A DNA stretch of 64,000 bases from Rhizobiales bacterium 65-9 (GCA_001899525.1 MKVY01000029.1:112733-176732); one strand, 5' to 3'. Counted from the first letter of the stretch, positions 47,923 through 56,829 are shown. Numbers and translations are program-made. Notes: generated by a model not told the origin, from the sequence alone.

Positions 47923-49035
47923 ATGTCGCACAACACTTTCGGCCATCTGTTCCGCGTCACGACCTTCGGCGAAAGCCACGGTCCCGCGATCGGCTGCGTC
48001 GTCGACGGCTGCCCGCCGCTGCTTCCGCTGACCGAAGCGGACATCCAGGCCGATCTCGACCGCCGCCGTCCCGGCCAGTCGCGTTTCACGACCCAGAGGC
48101 GGGAGCCGGACGCGGTGAAGATCCTGTCCGGCGTGTTCGTCGGCGACGACGGCGCGCAGGTCACGACCGGGACGCCGATCGGGCTGCTGATCGAGAATGT
48201 CGACCAGCGCAGCAAGGATTATTCCGACATCGCGCCGAAATACCGTCCCGGCCATGCCGATTTCACATACGACGTGAAATATGGAATCCGCGATTATCGC
48301 GGCGGCGGCCGTTCCTCGGCGCGCGAGACGGCGATGCGCGTCGCCGCCGGGGCGATCGCCCGCAAGGTGCTGCCGGGCGCGCGCGTGCGCGGCGCGCTGG
48401 TGCAGATGGGGCCGCACCGGATCGACCGCGCGCGGTGGGACTGGGACGAGGTCGGAAAGAATCCGTTCTTCTGTCCGGACGCGAAGGCGGCCGCCTTTTT
48501 CGAGGAGTATCTCGACGGAATCCGCAAGGCGGGCTCGTCGGTCGGCGCGGTGATCGAGATCGTCGCGGAAGGCGTTCCGCCCGGCCTCGGCGCGCCGATC
48601 TATGGCAAGCTCGACGCCGACATCGCCGCCGCGCTGATGTCGATCAACGCGGTCAAGGGCGTCGAGATCGGCGCCGGCATGGGCGCCGCGGAACTGACCG
48701 GCGAAGAGAACGCCGACGAGATGCGCCCGTCCAACGAGGGCCTGCCCGGCTTCTCCAGCAACAACGCCGGCGGCGTTCTCGGCGGAATCTCCACCGGCCA
48801 GCCGGTCGTGGCGCGCTTCGCGGTCAAGCCGACATCATCGATCCTCGCGCCGCGCCGGACCGTGACGCGCTCGGGCGAAGCGGCCGACATCGTGACGAAA
48901 GGCCGCCATGATCCGTGCGTCGGCATCCGCGCCGTCCCGGTCGGCGAGGCGATGGTGGCTTGCGTGCTGGCCGACCACGTTCTGCGCCATCGCGCGCAGG
49001 TGGGCGGATTCAGAAGCTGGCCCGCCGGCGGCTGA
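47923..49035 (+). CDS. aroC: chorismate synthase
   Basis: It has [25 protein letters not shown] and [14 protein letters not shown] motifs. Confidence 0.97.
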   Translation: MSHNTFGHLFRVTTFGESHGPAIGCVVDGCPPLLPLTEADIQADLDRRRPGQSRFTTQRREPDAVKILSGVFVGDDGAQVTTGTPIGLLIENVDQRSKDYSDIAPKYRPGHADFTYDVKYGIRDYRGGGRSSARETAMRVAAGAIARKVLPGARVRGALVQMGPHRIDRARWDWDEVGKNPFFCPDAKAAAFFEEYLDGIRKAGSSVGAVIEIVAEGVPPGLGAPIYGKLDADIAAALMSINAVKGVEIGAGMGAAELTGEENADEMRPSNEGLPGFSSNNAGGVLGGISTGQPVVARFAVKPTSSILAPRRTVTRSGEAADIVTKGRHDPCVGIRAVPVGEAMVACVLADHVLRHRAQVGGFRSWPAGG

Positions 49036-49092
49036 GACCCTTGAGGTTGCGCCTCCGTCGGCGCGCGCCTAAATCCCCCTGGCACGGAGAGC

Positions 49093-49347
49093 ATGCCTTT
49101 GGCCACGACGCCCGACCTGTCGAAAGTCCCGTTCGAGAAGGCGCTCGCCGAGCTTGAGGCGATCGTGCAGAAGCTTGAGCGCGGCGAGGTTCCGCTGGAG
49201 GAGTCGATCGCGATCTATGAGCGCGGCGAGCATCTCAAGCGGCATTGCGAAAGCCTGCTGAAGAGCGCGGAAGCCCGCATCGAGAAAATCACGCTGGGCG
49301 CGAACGGCAAGCCGACGGGGACCGAGCCGCTCGATCCCGACAGATAG
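49093..49347 (+). CDS. xseB: exodeoxyribonuclease VII small subunit
   Basis: [35 protein letters not shown] is typical of XseB. Confidence 0.93.
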   Translation: MPLATTPDLSKVPFEKALAELEAIVQKLERGEVPLEESIAIYERGEHLKRHCESLLKSAEARIEKITLGANGKPTGTEPLDPDR

Positions 49348-49378
49348 GCGCGCCGCGACAACCGGAAGGAGCAGCCCG

Positions 49379-50296
49379 ATGTCGTTTCATCCCGCGGACG
49401 ACCCGCAGCCGGGCGATTCCTTCGCCTGCGACGCCATCGAGCAGGTGATCATTCCGCGCGCCCGCGATCTCGGCGACGGCTTCTCCGTGCGCCGCGCCTT
49501 GCCGGCCGCGAAGAAGCAGATGATCGGGCCCTTCATTTTCTTCGATCAGATGGGGCCGACGCAGTTTCGTTCGGGCCAGGGCCTCGACGTGCGCCCGCAT
49601 CCGCATATCGGCCTCTCCACCGTCACCTACCTGTTCGACGGCGAGATCGTCCATCGCGATTCGCTGGGCGTGATGCAGGCGATCCGGCCGGGCGACGTCA
49701 ATCTGATGACGGCGGGCCGCGGCGTCGTCCATTCCGAGCGCACCGACCACGACGCGCGCGCGCATGAGAATCCGCTCTACGGCATCCAGAGCTGGATGGC
49801 GCTGCCCCGCCGGTTCGAGGAGGCCGACCCCGGCTTCGTCCACGCCGCGCGCGCCGATCTTCCTTTCATCGATGGCGAAGGCAAGCGCGTGCGCCTCATC
49901 ATGGGCTCGCTCTATGACCGCACGGCGCCGACGCGCTTCCCGCATGACTGTTTCTACGCCGAGGCGGTGCTTGCGCCGGGCGCCGTGCTGCCGCTTGATC
50001 CGTCTTATGACGAGCGCGCGATCTATATCGCCGCCGGCGAGATCGACATCGCCGGCGACGTGTTCGGTCCCGGCCGGCTGCTGGTGTTCAGGCCGGGCGA
50101 CCGCATCTCCATCCTCGCGCAGTCGCAGGCGCGCCTGATGCTGCTGGGCGGCGAGCCGATGGACGGGCCGCGACACATCTGGTGGAATTTCGTCTCGTCG
50201 CGCAAGGAGCGAATCGATCAGGCGAAGGCGGAATGGCGCGCCGGAAAATTCGATTCCGTGCCGGGCGAAACGGAGTTCATTCCGCTCCCCGAGTGA
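49379..50296 (+). CDS. pirin-family protein
   Basis: The cupin motifs are PHPHIGLSTVTYLF.GEIVHRDSLG and GVVHSE. 305 aa. Confidence 0.92.
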   Translation: MSFHPADDPQPGDSFACDAIEQVIIPRARDLGDGFSVRRALPAAKKQMIGPFIFFDQMGPTQFRSGQGLDVRPHPHIGLSTVTYLFDGEIVHRDSLGVMQAIRPGDVNLMTAGRGVVHSERTDHDARAHENPLYGIQSWMALPRRFEEADPGFVHAARADLPFIDGEGKRVRLIMGSLYDRTAPTRFPHDCFYAEAVLAPGAVLPLDPSYDERAIYIAAGEIDIAGDVFGPGRLLVFRPGDRISILAQSQARLMLLGGEPMDGPRHIWWNFVSSRKERIDQAKAEWRAGKFDSVPGETEFIPLPE

Positions 50297-50300
50297 GGTC

Positions 50301-50375
50301 ATGACATGTCATCCGGCCGCGAGGCGATTGCATGACATGTCATGGTGCGCTATAGGCCCGGCGATGACATGTCAT
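50301..50375. promoter_or_regulatory. three copies of the perfect 12-bp palindrome ATGACATGTCAT (candidate operator array)
   Basis: The copies are at 50301-50312, 50332-50343 and 50364-50375, with starts 31 and 32 bp apart. The last copy abuts the GGAG Shine-Dalgarno of the antitoxin gene. Confidence 0.7.
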
Positions 50376-50387
50376 GGAGACTGAGCC

Positions 50388-50774
50388 ATGGCCGAACGCC
50401 GACGCCCACGCTCCCGCAATGCGTCGTCCCCAGTTAAGACGAAGACGCGTCCCCGAAAAGCCGACCCGCGTAAGGCGAAGAAGGCGGCCAAGCGACCGGC
50501 TGCGAAGAGCGCCGTCAAGAAGGCTATGAAAACCGCTGCGAAGACGCAGACGCGCGTGAAGTCCGCCGATCCTCACGCCGCCGTGCGCCGTTATCGCGAG
50601 CGCATGCGCGCGAAGGGGCTGCGCCCCATGACGATCTGGGCGCCCGATCTGACAAACCCGGCTGTGTCCGCGATGCTGGCGCGGGAATTCGCGGCGATTT
50701 GCGCGGCCGCCAAAGCGGATGCTTCTTTCTCGTCGCTTTTCGACGCGCAGGATTTTCCGGACTGGACCGCATGA
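50388..50774 (+). CDS. DUF3018/MazE-like antitoxin with a long basic N-terminal tail
   Basis: The C-terminal part AVRRYRERMRAKGLRPMTIWAPDLTNP matches the DUF3018 antitoxin pattern. The N-terminal roughly 55 aa are K/R/A/P-rich. Its stop overlaps the mazF ATG as ATGA. Confidence 0.75.
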   Translation: MAERRRPRSRNASSPVKTKTRPRKADPRKAKKAAKRPAAKSAVKKAMKTAAKTQTRVKSADPHAAVRRYRERMRAKGLRPMTIWAPDLTNPAVSAMLAREFAAICAAAKADASFSSLFDAQDFPDWTA

Positions 50775-51109
50775 ACGCCGTCCTTCGTCGCGGCGACATT
50801 GTTCTGGTGGCGCTTCCGGGAGATTTCGGCAAACCGCGGCCCGCTTTGGTGATACAAGCCGACGCATTTCTGGCGAATGCGCCCAGCGTGACCATGGCGT
50901 TGATCACGACGACGCAATCGGAAGCGCGGCTGTTTCGCGTCGAAGTGTCGCCCACCGCTGAAAACGGCCTGCGCGCGCCGTCATTTGTGATGTGCGACAA
51001 GGTTGTTTCGCACCTGCCGGACAGGGTGCGCGCCCGGATTGGGGCGCTCGATCCGGAGCAGGTCACACGCGTCGACGAGGGGCTCCGCATCTGGCTCGGC
51101 CTGATCTGA
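50771..51109 (+). CDS. mazF: PemK/MazF-family endoribonuclease toxin
   Basis: LRRGDIVLVALPGDFGKPRPALVIQ...ITTT... and DKVVS are typical of MazF/PemK. 112 aa. Confidence 0.9.
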   Translation: MNAVLRRGDIVLVALPGDFGKPRPALVIQADAFLANAPSVTMALITTTQSEARLFRVEVSPTAENGLRAPSFVMCDKVVSHLPDRVRARIGALDPEQVTRVDEGLRIWLGLI

Positions 51110-51873
51110 TGGCGGAGCGCCGGCGCATCGATCAACTGCTTGTCGCGCGCGGCTTCTTCGAGAGCCGGGCGCGGGCGCAGGCGGCGATCGCGGCGGGCCT
51201 GGTGCGCGTGAACGGCGCCGTCGCGCGCAAGCCGTCGGATAGTTTCGGCGACGATGCGCGTGTCGAGGCGGAACAGCCTTTTCCCTGGGTGTCGCGCGGC
51301 GGCGTCAAGCTGTCCCATGCGCTCGATGCGTTTCACGTCGAGGCCGCGGGGCGGCTCTGTCTCGATGTCGGCTCGTCGACCGGCGGCTTCACGGACGTGC
51401 TTCTGGCGCGCCATGCCGCGCGCGTGATCGCGGTCGATGTCGGCCGCGACCAGATGCATGCGAAACTGCGCGGCGATCCGCGGCTCTCGCTGCATGAGCA
51501 GACGGATATTCGCGATCTCGCGCTCGCGTCAAAGGATCGCGCGTCGCTTGCCGTCGTGGATGCGAGCTTCATTTCGCTGACGCTGATCATCCCGGCGCTT
51601 GCGTCATTGACCGCGAGCAAAGCCGAACTGGTCGCGCTGATCAAGCCGCAATTCGAGGCGGGGCGCGGGCTGGCGGGCAAGCGCGGCGTGGTCGATGACG
51701 ATGCGGTTCGCGCGCGCGCGGTAGACAACGTGAAGGCGTTCGCCGACAAGGCGGGCTGGCGCGTAACGGGCGTGATCGACAGCCCCATTGAGGGCGGCGA
51801 CGGCAACCGCGAATATCTCATGCATGCGCGCAAGGATGTCGGGAGCGACAGCGCCCGAAAGGAGCCGTCGTGA
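51109..51873 (+). CDS. tlyA: TlyA-family rRNA (cytidine-2'-O)-methyltransferase
   Basis: The S4 domain is RIDQLLVARGFFESRARAQAAI. It also has VSRGGVKL and the SAM motif LDVGSSTGGFTDVLL. Its ATG shares 1 nt with the mazF TGA (TGATG). Confidence 0.92.
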   Translation: MAERRRIDQLLVARGFFESRARAQAAIAAGLVRVNGAVARKPSDSFGDDARVEAEQPFPWVSRGGVKLSHALDAFHVEAAGRLCLDVGSSTGGFTDVLLARHAARVIAVDVGRDQMHAKLRGDPRLSLHEQTDIRDLALASKDRASLAVVDASFISLTLIIPALASLTASKAELVALIKPQFEAGRGLAGKRGVVDDDAVRARAVDNVKAFADKAGWRVTGVIDSPIEGGDGNREYLMHARKDVGSDSARKEPS

Positions 51874-53108
51874 GCGCGGCCGTCGAGTTCACGATTGACC
51901 GGCTCGGCCATCGCGGCGACGGAATCGCGCGCGGCGGAAGCGGCGACGTCTTTATTTCTTATACATTGCCGGACGAACTCGTCATCGCCGCGTTGGAGTC
52001 CGCCGATCGCGCGCGCCTGCAGGCGATTGTGCGCGCCAGCGCCGATCGCGTCGATCCGGTTTGCGATTATTTCACCCGCTGCGGCGGCTGCGCGTTGCAG
52101 CATCTCGACCTGTCCGCGTTGCTCGACTGGAAGCGGTCGCTGGTCGTCGAGGCGTTGCGCCAGCGCGGGATCGAGACGCGCGTGGAGCCCTGCATCGACG
52201 CCCATGGCGATGGCCGCCGCCGGGTGACGCTGCATGCGCGGCAGACGCCGGGCGGAATCGAGGCGGGGTTCATGATGGCGCGATCCCATCGGCTTATCGC
52301 GATCGAGCGCTGCCCGGTGCTCGCGCCATCGCTTGCGGCCGCGCCCGGCGTCGCGCGCGCGCTCGGTGAAGCGCTCGCCGCGCTGCGCAAGCCGCTCGAT
52401 ATTCAGGTCACGGCGACGATGGGCGGCCTCGATGTCGATCTGCGCGGCGCGGGCAAGGTGGATGACCGCGTGCGCCTGCGGCTGGTGGAATTGGGCCGCG
52501 CCCTCGATCTCGCGCGGCTTTCGCTGCATGGCGAAACGCTTGCGGCCTGGCGCTCGCCGGCGCTGCGCATGGGGCCGGCTGTTGTCGCGCCGCCGCCGGG
52601 CGGATTTCTTCAGGCGACGGCCGCGGGAGAGGAAACGCTGTCGGCTCTGGCGTTGCAGGGCGTCGCGGGAGCGAAGCGGGTGGTCGATCTCTTCAGCGGC
52701 TGCGGGCCGATCGCCCTGCGCGCCGCCGGCCGCGCGCGCGTCCATGCGGTCGAGCTGGAGAAGGCGTCGCTGGACGCGCTTGAGCGCGCGGCGCGGGCGA
52801 CCGCGGAGCTGAGGCCGGTCAGCACGGAGGCGCGGGATCTTTTTCGGCGCCCGCTCCTTGCGCATGAGCTTGAGTCGTTCGACGCGGCGATCTTCGATCC
52901 TCCGCGCGCCGGCGCCGAGGCGCAGGCGCGCGCGCTGGCGGCCTCGCGCAAGCTGAAAACGGTCGCCGGCGTCTCCTGCAATGCGGCGACCTTCGCGCGC
53001 GACGCGCGCATCCTGATCGACGGCGGTTTTTCTCTCGAGCAGGTGACGCCGGTCGATCAGTTCCGTTATTCCGCCCATGTCGAGCTGGTGGGGATTTTTC
53101 GTCGTTAG
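51870..53108 (+). CDS. class I SAM-dependent RNA methyltransferase (RlmD/TrmA m5U family)
   Basis: It has the Fe-S cysteine cluster C..F.RCGGCALQH...C and the SAM motif VVDLFSGCGP. It also has a C-terminal catalytic Cys context (VSCN). Its GTG overlaps the tlyA TGA as GTGA. Confidence 0.87.
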   Translation: MSAAVEFTIDRLGHRGDGIARGGSGDVFISYTLPDELVIAALESADRARLQAIVRASADRVDPVCDYFTRCGGCALQHLDLSALLDWKRSLVVEALRQRGIETRVEPCIDAHGDGRRRVTLHARQTPGGIEAGFMMARSHRLIAIERCPVLAPSLAAAPGVARALGEALAALRKPLDIQVTATMGGLDVDLRGAGKVDDRVRLRLVELGRALDLARLSLHGETLAAWRSPALRMGPAVVAPPPGGFLQATAAGEETLSALALQGVAGAKRVVDLFSGCGPIALRAAGRARVHAVELEKASLDALERAARATAELRPVSTEARDLFRRPLLAHELESFDAAIFDPPRAGAEAQARALAASRKLKTVAGVSCNAATFARDARILIDGGFSLEQVTPVDQFRYSAHVELVGIFRR

Positions 53109-53149
53109 GAGCTGTTGACGCGCGGCCTTCGCCACGCCACCTCCAGTCG

Positions 53150-53803
53150 ATGAGCCAGCCCCAGAAAACCGCCATCCAGGTGTCGGTCGTTCCCGTCACG
53201 CCGTTCCAGCAGAATGCGTCAATCGTGGTTTGCACGGCGACGAATCGCGCCGCGATCGTCGATCCCGGCGGCGATCTGCCGCGCATCAGGGAGGCGCTGG
53301 AGAAGATCGGAGCGACGCCCGAGAAGATTCTTCTCACGCACGGCCATATCGATCACGCCGGCGGCGCGACCGATCTGTCGGCGGCGCTTGGCGTTCCGAT
53401 CGAAGGCCCGCATGAGGCCGACAGGTCGCTGCTCGAAGGTCTGGCCGGTCAGGCGAGGATGTTCGGCGTCGACGGCGTCAAGCCGGTGACCACGGCGAAG
53501 TTCTTGTCCGAAGGCGGGACGGTGAGCGTCGGAGAGGTTGTCTTCGATATTCTCCATGTGCCCGGCCATTCCCCCGGCTCTCTCGTCTATGTGCATGCGC
53601 CGTCGCGTTTCGCCCTGGTGGGAGACACCTTGTTTCAGGGCTCGGTCGGGCGGACCGACCTGCCCGGCGGGGATCACAATCTGCTGATCTCGGGCGTCAA
53701 GGCGAAGCTGCTGACGCTCGGCGACGACGTGACGATCCTGCCCGGCCATGGGGCGCCGACGACCATTGGCGAGGAGCGGCTGAGCAATCCCTTCCTGCGA
53801 TGA
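53150..53803 (+). CDS. MBL-fold metallo-hydrolase (YcbL/GloB-like)
   Basis: It has THGHIDHAGG, HVPGHSPG and GDTLF motifs. 217 aa. Confidence 0.88.
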   Translation: MSQPQKTAIQVSVVPVTPFQQNASIVVCTATNRAAIVDPGGDLPRIREALEKIGATPEKILLTHGHIDHAGGATDLSAALGVPIEGPHEADRSLLEGLAGQARMFGVDGVKPVTTAKFLSEGGTVSVGEVVFDILHVPGHSPGSLVYVHAPSRFALVGDTLFQGSVGRTDLPGGDHNLLISGVKAKLLTLGDDVTILPGHGAPTTIGEERLSNPFLR

Positions 53804-53913
53804 TGGCGGCGCGACTCGCGGGGCCGGTACCGGCGCCCTTGATTTGCCGCATGGCGAAGCCGACAATGCCGACCGATAGTCAATGAGAGGGAACCGCAGA
53901 GGACGCCGGGACC

Positions 53914-54270
53914 ATGTACGACAACCTCAAGCAGTTCGCGCGCAATTCACGCAGCTTTCGCGCCTCCGACGTGCGGCTCATGTACGCCCGCATGCACAAC
54001 CACGCGATCAGCCCCAGGCTGTCGCCGGAGAAGCTGCTCGAGATCGTGAACCGGCTCGGCTTCAAGGATGTGCGGGCGTTCGGCGACAAGATCGGTCTGG
54101 AGCCGCACATCGCCGAGAGCTGGGCGCGCTTCGGCATCAGCCATGACGCCGCGATGCTGTTGCAGGCGCTGCTCGACTACCGCAACCGGCTGAATGACGC
54201 GATGCAAGATTTCGAGCGGAACACGCAGATCCCGCTCGACATCTTTTTTGATGAGCACCAACTGCCCTGA
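53914..54270 (+). CDS. hypothetical protein with possible HTH
   Basis: 118-aa ORF. The segment LLEIVNRLGFKDVRAFGDKIGLEPHIAESWARFG looks helix-turn-helix-like. I recognise no family. Confidence 0.55.
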   Translation: MYDNLKQFARNSRSFRASDVRLMYARMHNHAISPRLSPEKLLEIVNRLGFKDVRAFGDKIGLEPHIAESWARFGISHDAAMLLQALLDYRNRLNDAMQDFERNTQIPLDIFFDEHQLP

Positions 54271-54294
54271 CGGCGGCCGGGGACCGGCTTCCCG

Positions 54295-54456
54295 TCAGTG
54301 TTGCGTCGATTCTCGTGCGATCCGGCGCAGGTTCGAGCGCTCGAAGCCGAAATCATCGAGCTCGCGGTCGGTGCGCTGCCGTAGGTCGCCAAGGGTTCGG
54401 CGATAACGCAGCCAGTCGCGGAATTTTTCGATCAGGGCGATGATGAACACGCTCAT
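54295..54456 (-). CDS. DUF1127 small protein
   Basis: MSVFIIALIEKFRDWLRYRRTLGDLRQRTDRELDDFGFERSNL matches the DUF1127 pattern (R.T...L..L.DR.L.D.G..R). Confidence 0.75.
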   Translation of the reverse strand: MSVFIIALIEKFRDWLRYRRTLGDLRQRTDRELDDFGFERSNLRRIARESTQH

Positions 54457-54689
54457 TCTCCAGTCAGATGGCCGCCGGAATTTTGCTGCGCTGCACAATA
54501 TCTATGCGTTATTGCGGGCGGTAATGGATTTGCAGGCGGCTCTCATGCTCTCTACGCATGATTGGCGCCATAACGCTGCTTCAGAATGTCGCGCCGCCAG
54601 GTCCGCTCCTCCGCTGGCGTCGGCCCCGGCGCTTGACCTCGTCTTTGCCAGGGTCGATGCGGAGGGCCGACTAAGCGCCGAACCGCCCC

Positions 54690-55304
54690 ATGACCATCCG
54701 ATTTCATCTTGACGATCTTCCCGCTGATTTTTCCCCCGGAGCGGCCGTCGCGGTCGATACGGAGACGCTCGGCCTCAACCCGCTGCGCGACCGGCTCTGC
54801 GTGGTGCAGCTCTCGAAGGGCGACGGCACGGCCGACATCGTCCAGATTCGCCGCAACGGTCCGGAGGCCGTCCATCTCAAGCGGCTGATGGCCGATGCGG
54901 CCGTGACGAAAATCTTCCATTTCGCACGGTTCGACATCGCGGCGCTGAGGCATGGCCTCGGCGTCGAGACCGGCCCCGTCTATTGCACCAAGATCGCCTC
55001 CAAGCTCGCCCGCACCTACACGGACCGGCACGGATTGAAGGACCTCGTCCGCGAGCTGCTTGGCGTCGAATTGTCGAAGCAGCAGCAATCCTCCGACTGG
55101 GGCGCCGACAAGCTGACCGACGCGCAGCTCGCCTACGCGGCCTCCGACGTGCTGCATCTCCATGCGCTGCGCGAGCGGCTGCAGGCGATGCTGGCGCGGG
55201 AAGGCCGCGCGCATCTGGCCGAGGCCTGTTTCCGCTTCCTGCCGACGCGCGCCGAGCTGGACTTGGCCGGCTGGGCGGAAAACGATATTTTCTCGCACGA
55301 GTAA
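54690..55304 (+). CDS. rnd: DEDD 3'-5' exonuclease, short ribonuclease D-like
   Basis: Exo motifs VAVDTETLGL, KIFHFARFDIAAL and YAASDVLHL. 204 aa. Confidence 0.87.
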   Translation: MTIRFHLDDLPADFSPGAAVAVDTETLGLNPLRDRLCVVQLSKGDGTADIVQIRRNGPEAVHLKRLMADAAVTKIFHFARFDIAALRHGLGVETGPVYCTKIASKLARTYTDRHGLKDLVRELLGVELSKQQQSSDWGADKLTDAQLAYAASDVLHLHALRERLQAMLAREGRAHLAEACFRFLPTRAELDLAGWAENDIFSHE

Positions 55305-55459
55305 GCGACGATTCACCGTCGTTTCGAGGGCCGGCTGCGGTGGCCGCCGGTCCGGGACATAACTTCGCCACCGCGGACCGTCAGGCCTCGCCGGGCGAGA
55401 CGGAAAACGGCTTCACGGGCGAGGTGTTCTTGGCGACGGCGATCGGCGCGACAGCCGTG

Positions 55460-56143
55460 ATGGAGCCTGGCGGCGAAAGGCGCGCCCGGCGCGCGGCCGC
55501 CTATCGCGCGGCGTTGCGCCATTCCCGCTGGGTTCGCTTCTTCAAGTGGCTCATTCCGGTTGGGTCGGGGCTCGCCACGCTCGCGATTCTGCTGGTGATG
55601 ATTTTCGATCCCTTCCGCAAGCTGCCGCCCGGCCTCGACATCGCGGCTGTGGGCCTGAACGGCTCCAAGATCGTGATGGAGGCGCCGCGCCTGCAAGGGT
55701 ACAGGAGCGACGGCAGGCCCTTTCAGGTCAACGCCAAGGCGGCGGCGCAGGATATCAAAACCCCCAACATCATCGAACTGACCGACATCGACGCGCAGAT
55801 CGCGCTCGGCGAGGATGGACAGGCGCGCATGCAGTCGCCCGAGGGTTTGCTCGACAGCCAGAAGGAGACGCTCGACCTTCGCCAGTCCGTTCGCGTGCAG
55901 ACCGACACCGGCTACGACGTGCGGCTGCGGTCGGCGAGCATTGCTTTCAAGGCCGGCCATGTGCGATCCGACGAGCCGGTGTCGGTCACGATGCGCGACG
56001 GGTCGATCGACGCCGACTCGCTTGAAATTGTCGAAGGCGGCAAGCAAATGATCTTTTCAGGCCGGGTGCGAAGTGTTTTGACTCCGCGCGATCCGGCGGC
56101 CGGCGCAGCGCAGCCTTCCGGCCCCGAGGGGAACAGAAAATGA
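55460..56143 (+). CDS. lptC: LPS export system protein LptC
   Basis: N-terminal TM anchor WVRFFKWLIPVGSGLATLAILLVMIF followed by a beta-jellyroll-like body. It overlaps lptA by 4 nt. Confidence 0.8.
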   Translation: MEPGGERRARRAAAYRAALRHSRWVRFFKWLIPVGSGLATLAILLVMIFDPFRKLPPGLDIAAVGLNGSKIVMEAPRLQGYRSDGRPFQVNAKAAAQDIKTPNIIELTDIDAQIALGEDGQARMQSPEGLLDSQKETLDLRQSVRVQTDTGYDVRLRSASIAFKAGHVRSDEPVSVTMRDGSIDADSLEIVEGGKQMIFSGRVRSVLTPRDPAAGAAQPSGPEGNRK

Positions 56144-56829
56144 CGACGCAACGCTCCGCCGTTTTGGCGCTGGGTCTCCTTCTGGCCGCCTCCGGCGCGG
56201 AAGCGGCGCCGCGCTCTGCGGCGGCCAAGGATGGAGCCGTCGTCGTCGCGCAGGCCGCGGCGCCCGCGGCCGGGCGCCGGCAGAGCGGGGGCATTGGCGA
56301 TTTCGGGTCCGCCAACAGCAACAAGCCGATCAATGTCGAGGCTGACAAGCTCGAGGTGTTCCAGAAGGAAGGCCGCGCCATCTATTCCGGCAATGTCATC
56401 GCCGTGCAGGGCGAGACGACGATGAAATGCACGCAACTCGTCGTCTTCTTCGATCAGAGCAAGACCGGGACGCCGGGCGCGAGCCCTCCGGCCGCAAGCG
56501 CGACGGCCGCCAGCCCGTCCGGCGGCGGCGGCGATCAGGCCGAGGCGCTGAAGAAGCTCGAATGCAAGGGCCCGGTCTCCGTCGTCGCCAAATCCGAGGG
56601 CAAGACCCAGGTCGCGACCGGCGACAACGCGATCTATGACCGCCTCGCCGGCTTCGTGACCCTGACCGGCAACGTCAATCTCGCCGACGGCCCCAACATC
56701 TCCCGCTGCCAGAGCTTCGTGTACAACACCAATTCCGGCAAGGCGGACTGCACCGGCGGTCCGCGCGGCGGCAGGGTGCAGGGCGTCTTCGAGACCGGCA
56801 ACCAGCCGGCCGCTCCGAAAACCCGCTAG
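56140..56829 (+). CDS. lptA: LPS transport periplasmic protein LptA
   Basis: Signal peptide plus an OstA-like domain (PINVEADKLEVFQKEGRAIYSGNV...LTGNV). Confidence 0.85.
   Translation: MTTQRSAVLALGLLLAASGAEAAPRSAAAKDGAVVVAQAAAPAAGRRQSGGIGDFGSANSNKPINVEADKLEVFQKEGRAIYSGNVIAVQGETTMKCTQLVVFFDQSKTGTPGASPPAASATAASPSGGGGDQAEALKKLECKGPVSVVAKSEGKTQVATGDNAIYDRLAGFVTLTGNVNLADGPNISRCQSFVYNTNSGKADCTGGPRGGRVQGVFETGNQPAAPKTR

Noticed and set aside
49080-49095. A sigma-54-like TGGCAC just upstream of xseB. This is attractive because rpoN is in the window.
   Set aside because: The GG and the following GC are separated by 8 nt rather than the 10 nt required by TGGCAC-N5-TTGC. The element also overlaps the xseB ribosome-binding region and start codon.
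50301-50375. Reading the ATGACATGTCAT palindromes as Pho boxes, because each contains TGTCAT.
   Set aside because: PhoB needs direct repeats at 11-bp phasing. Here the half-sites are inverted within each palindrome, and the palindromes are about 31-32 bp apart. A TA operator is the better fit.
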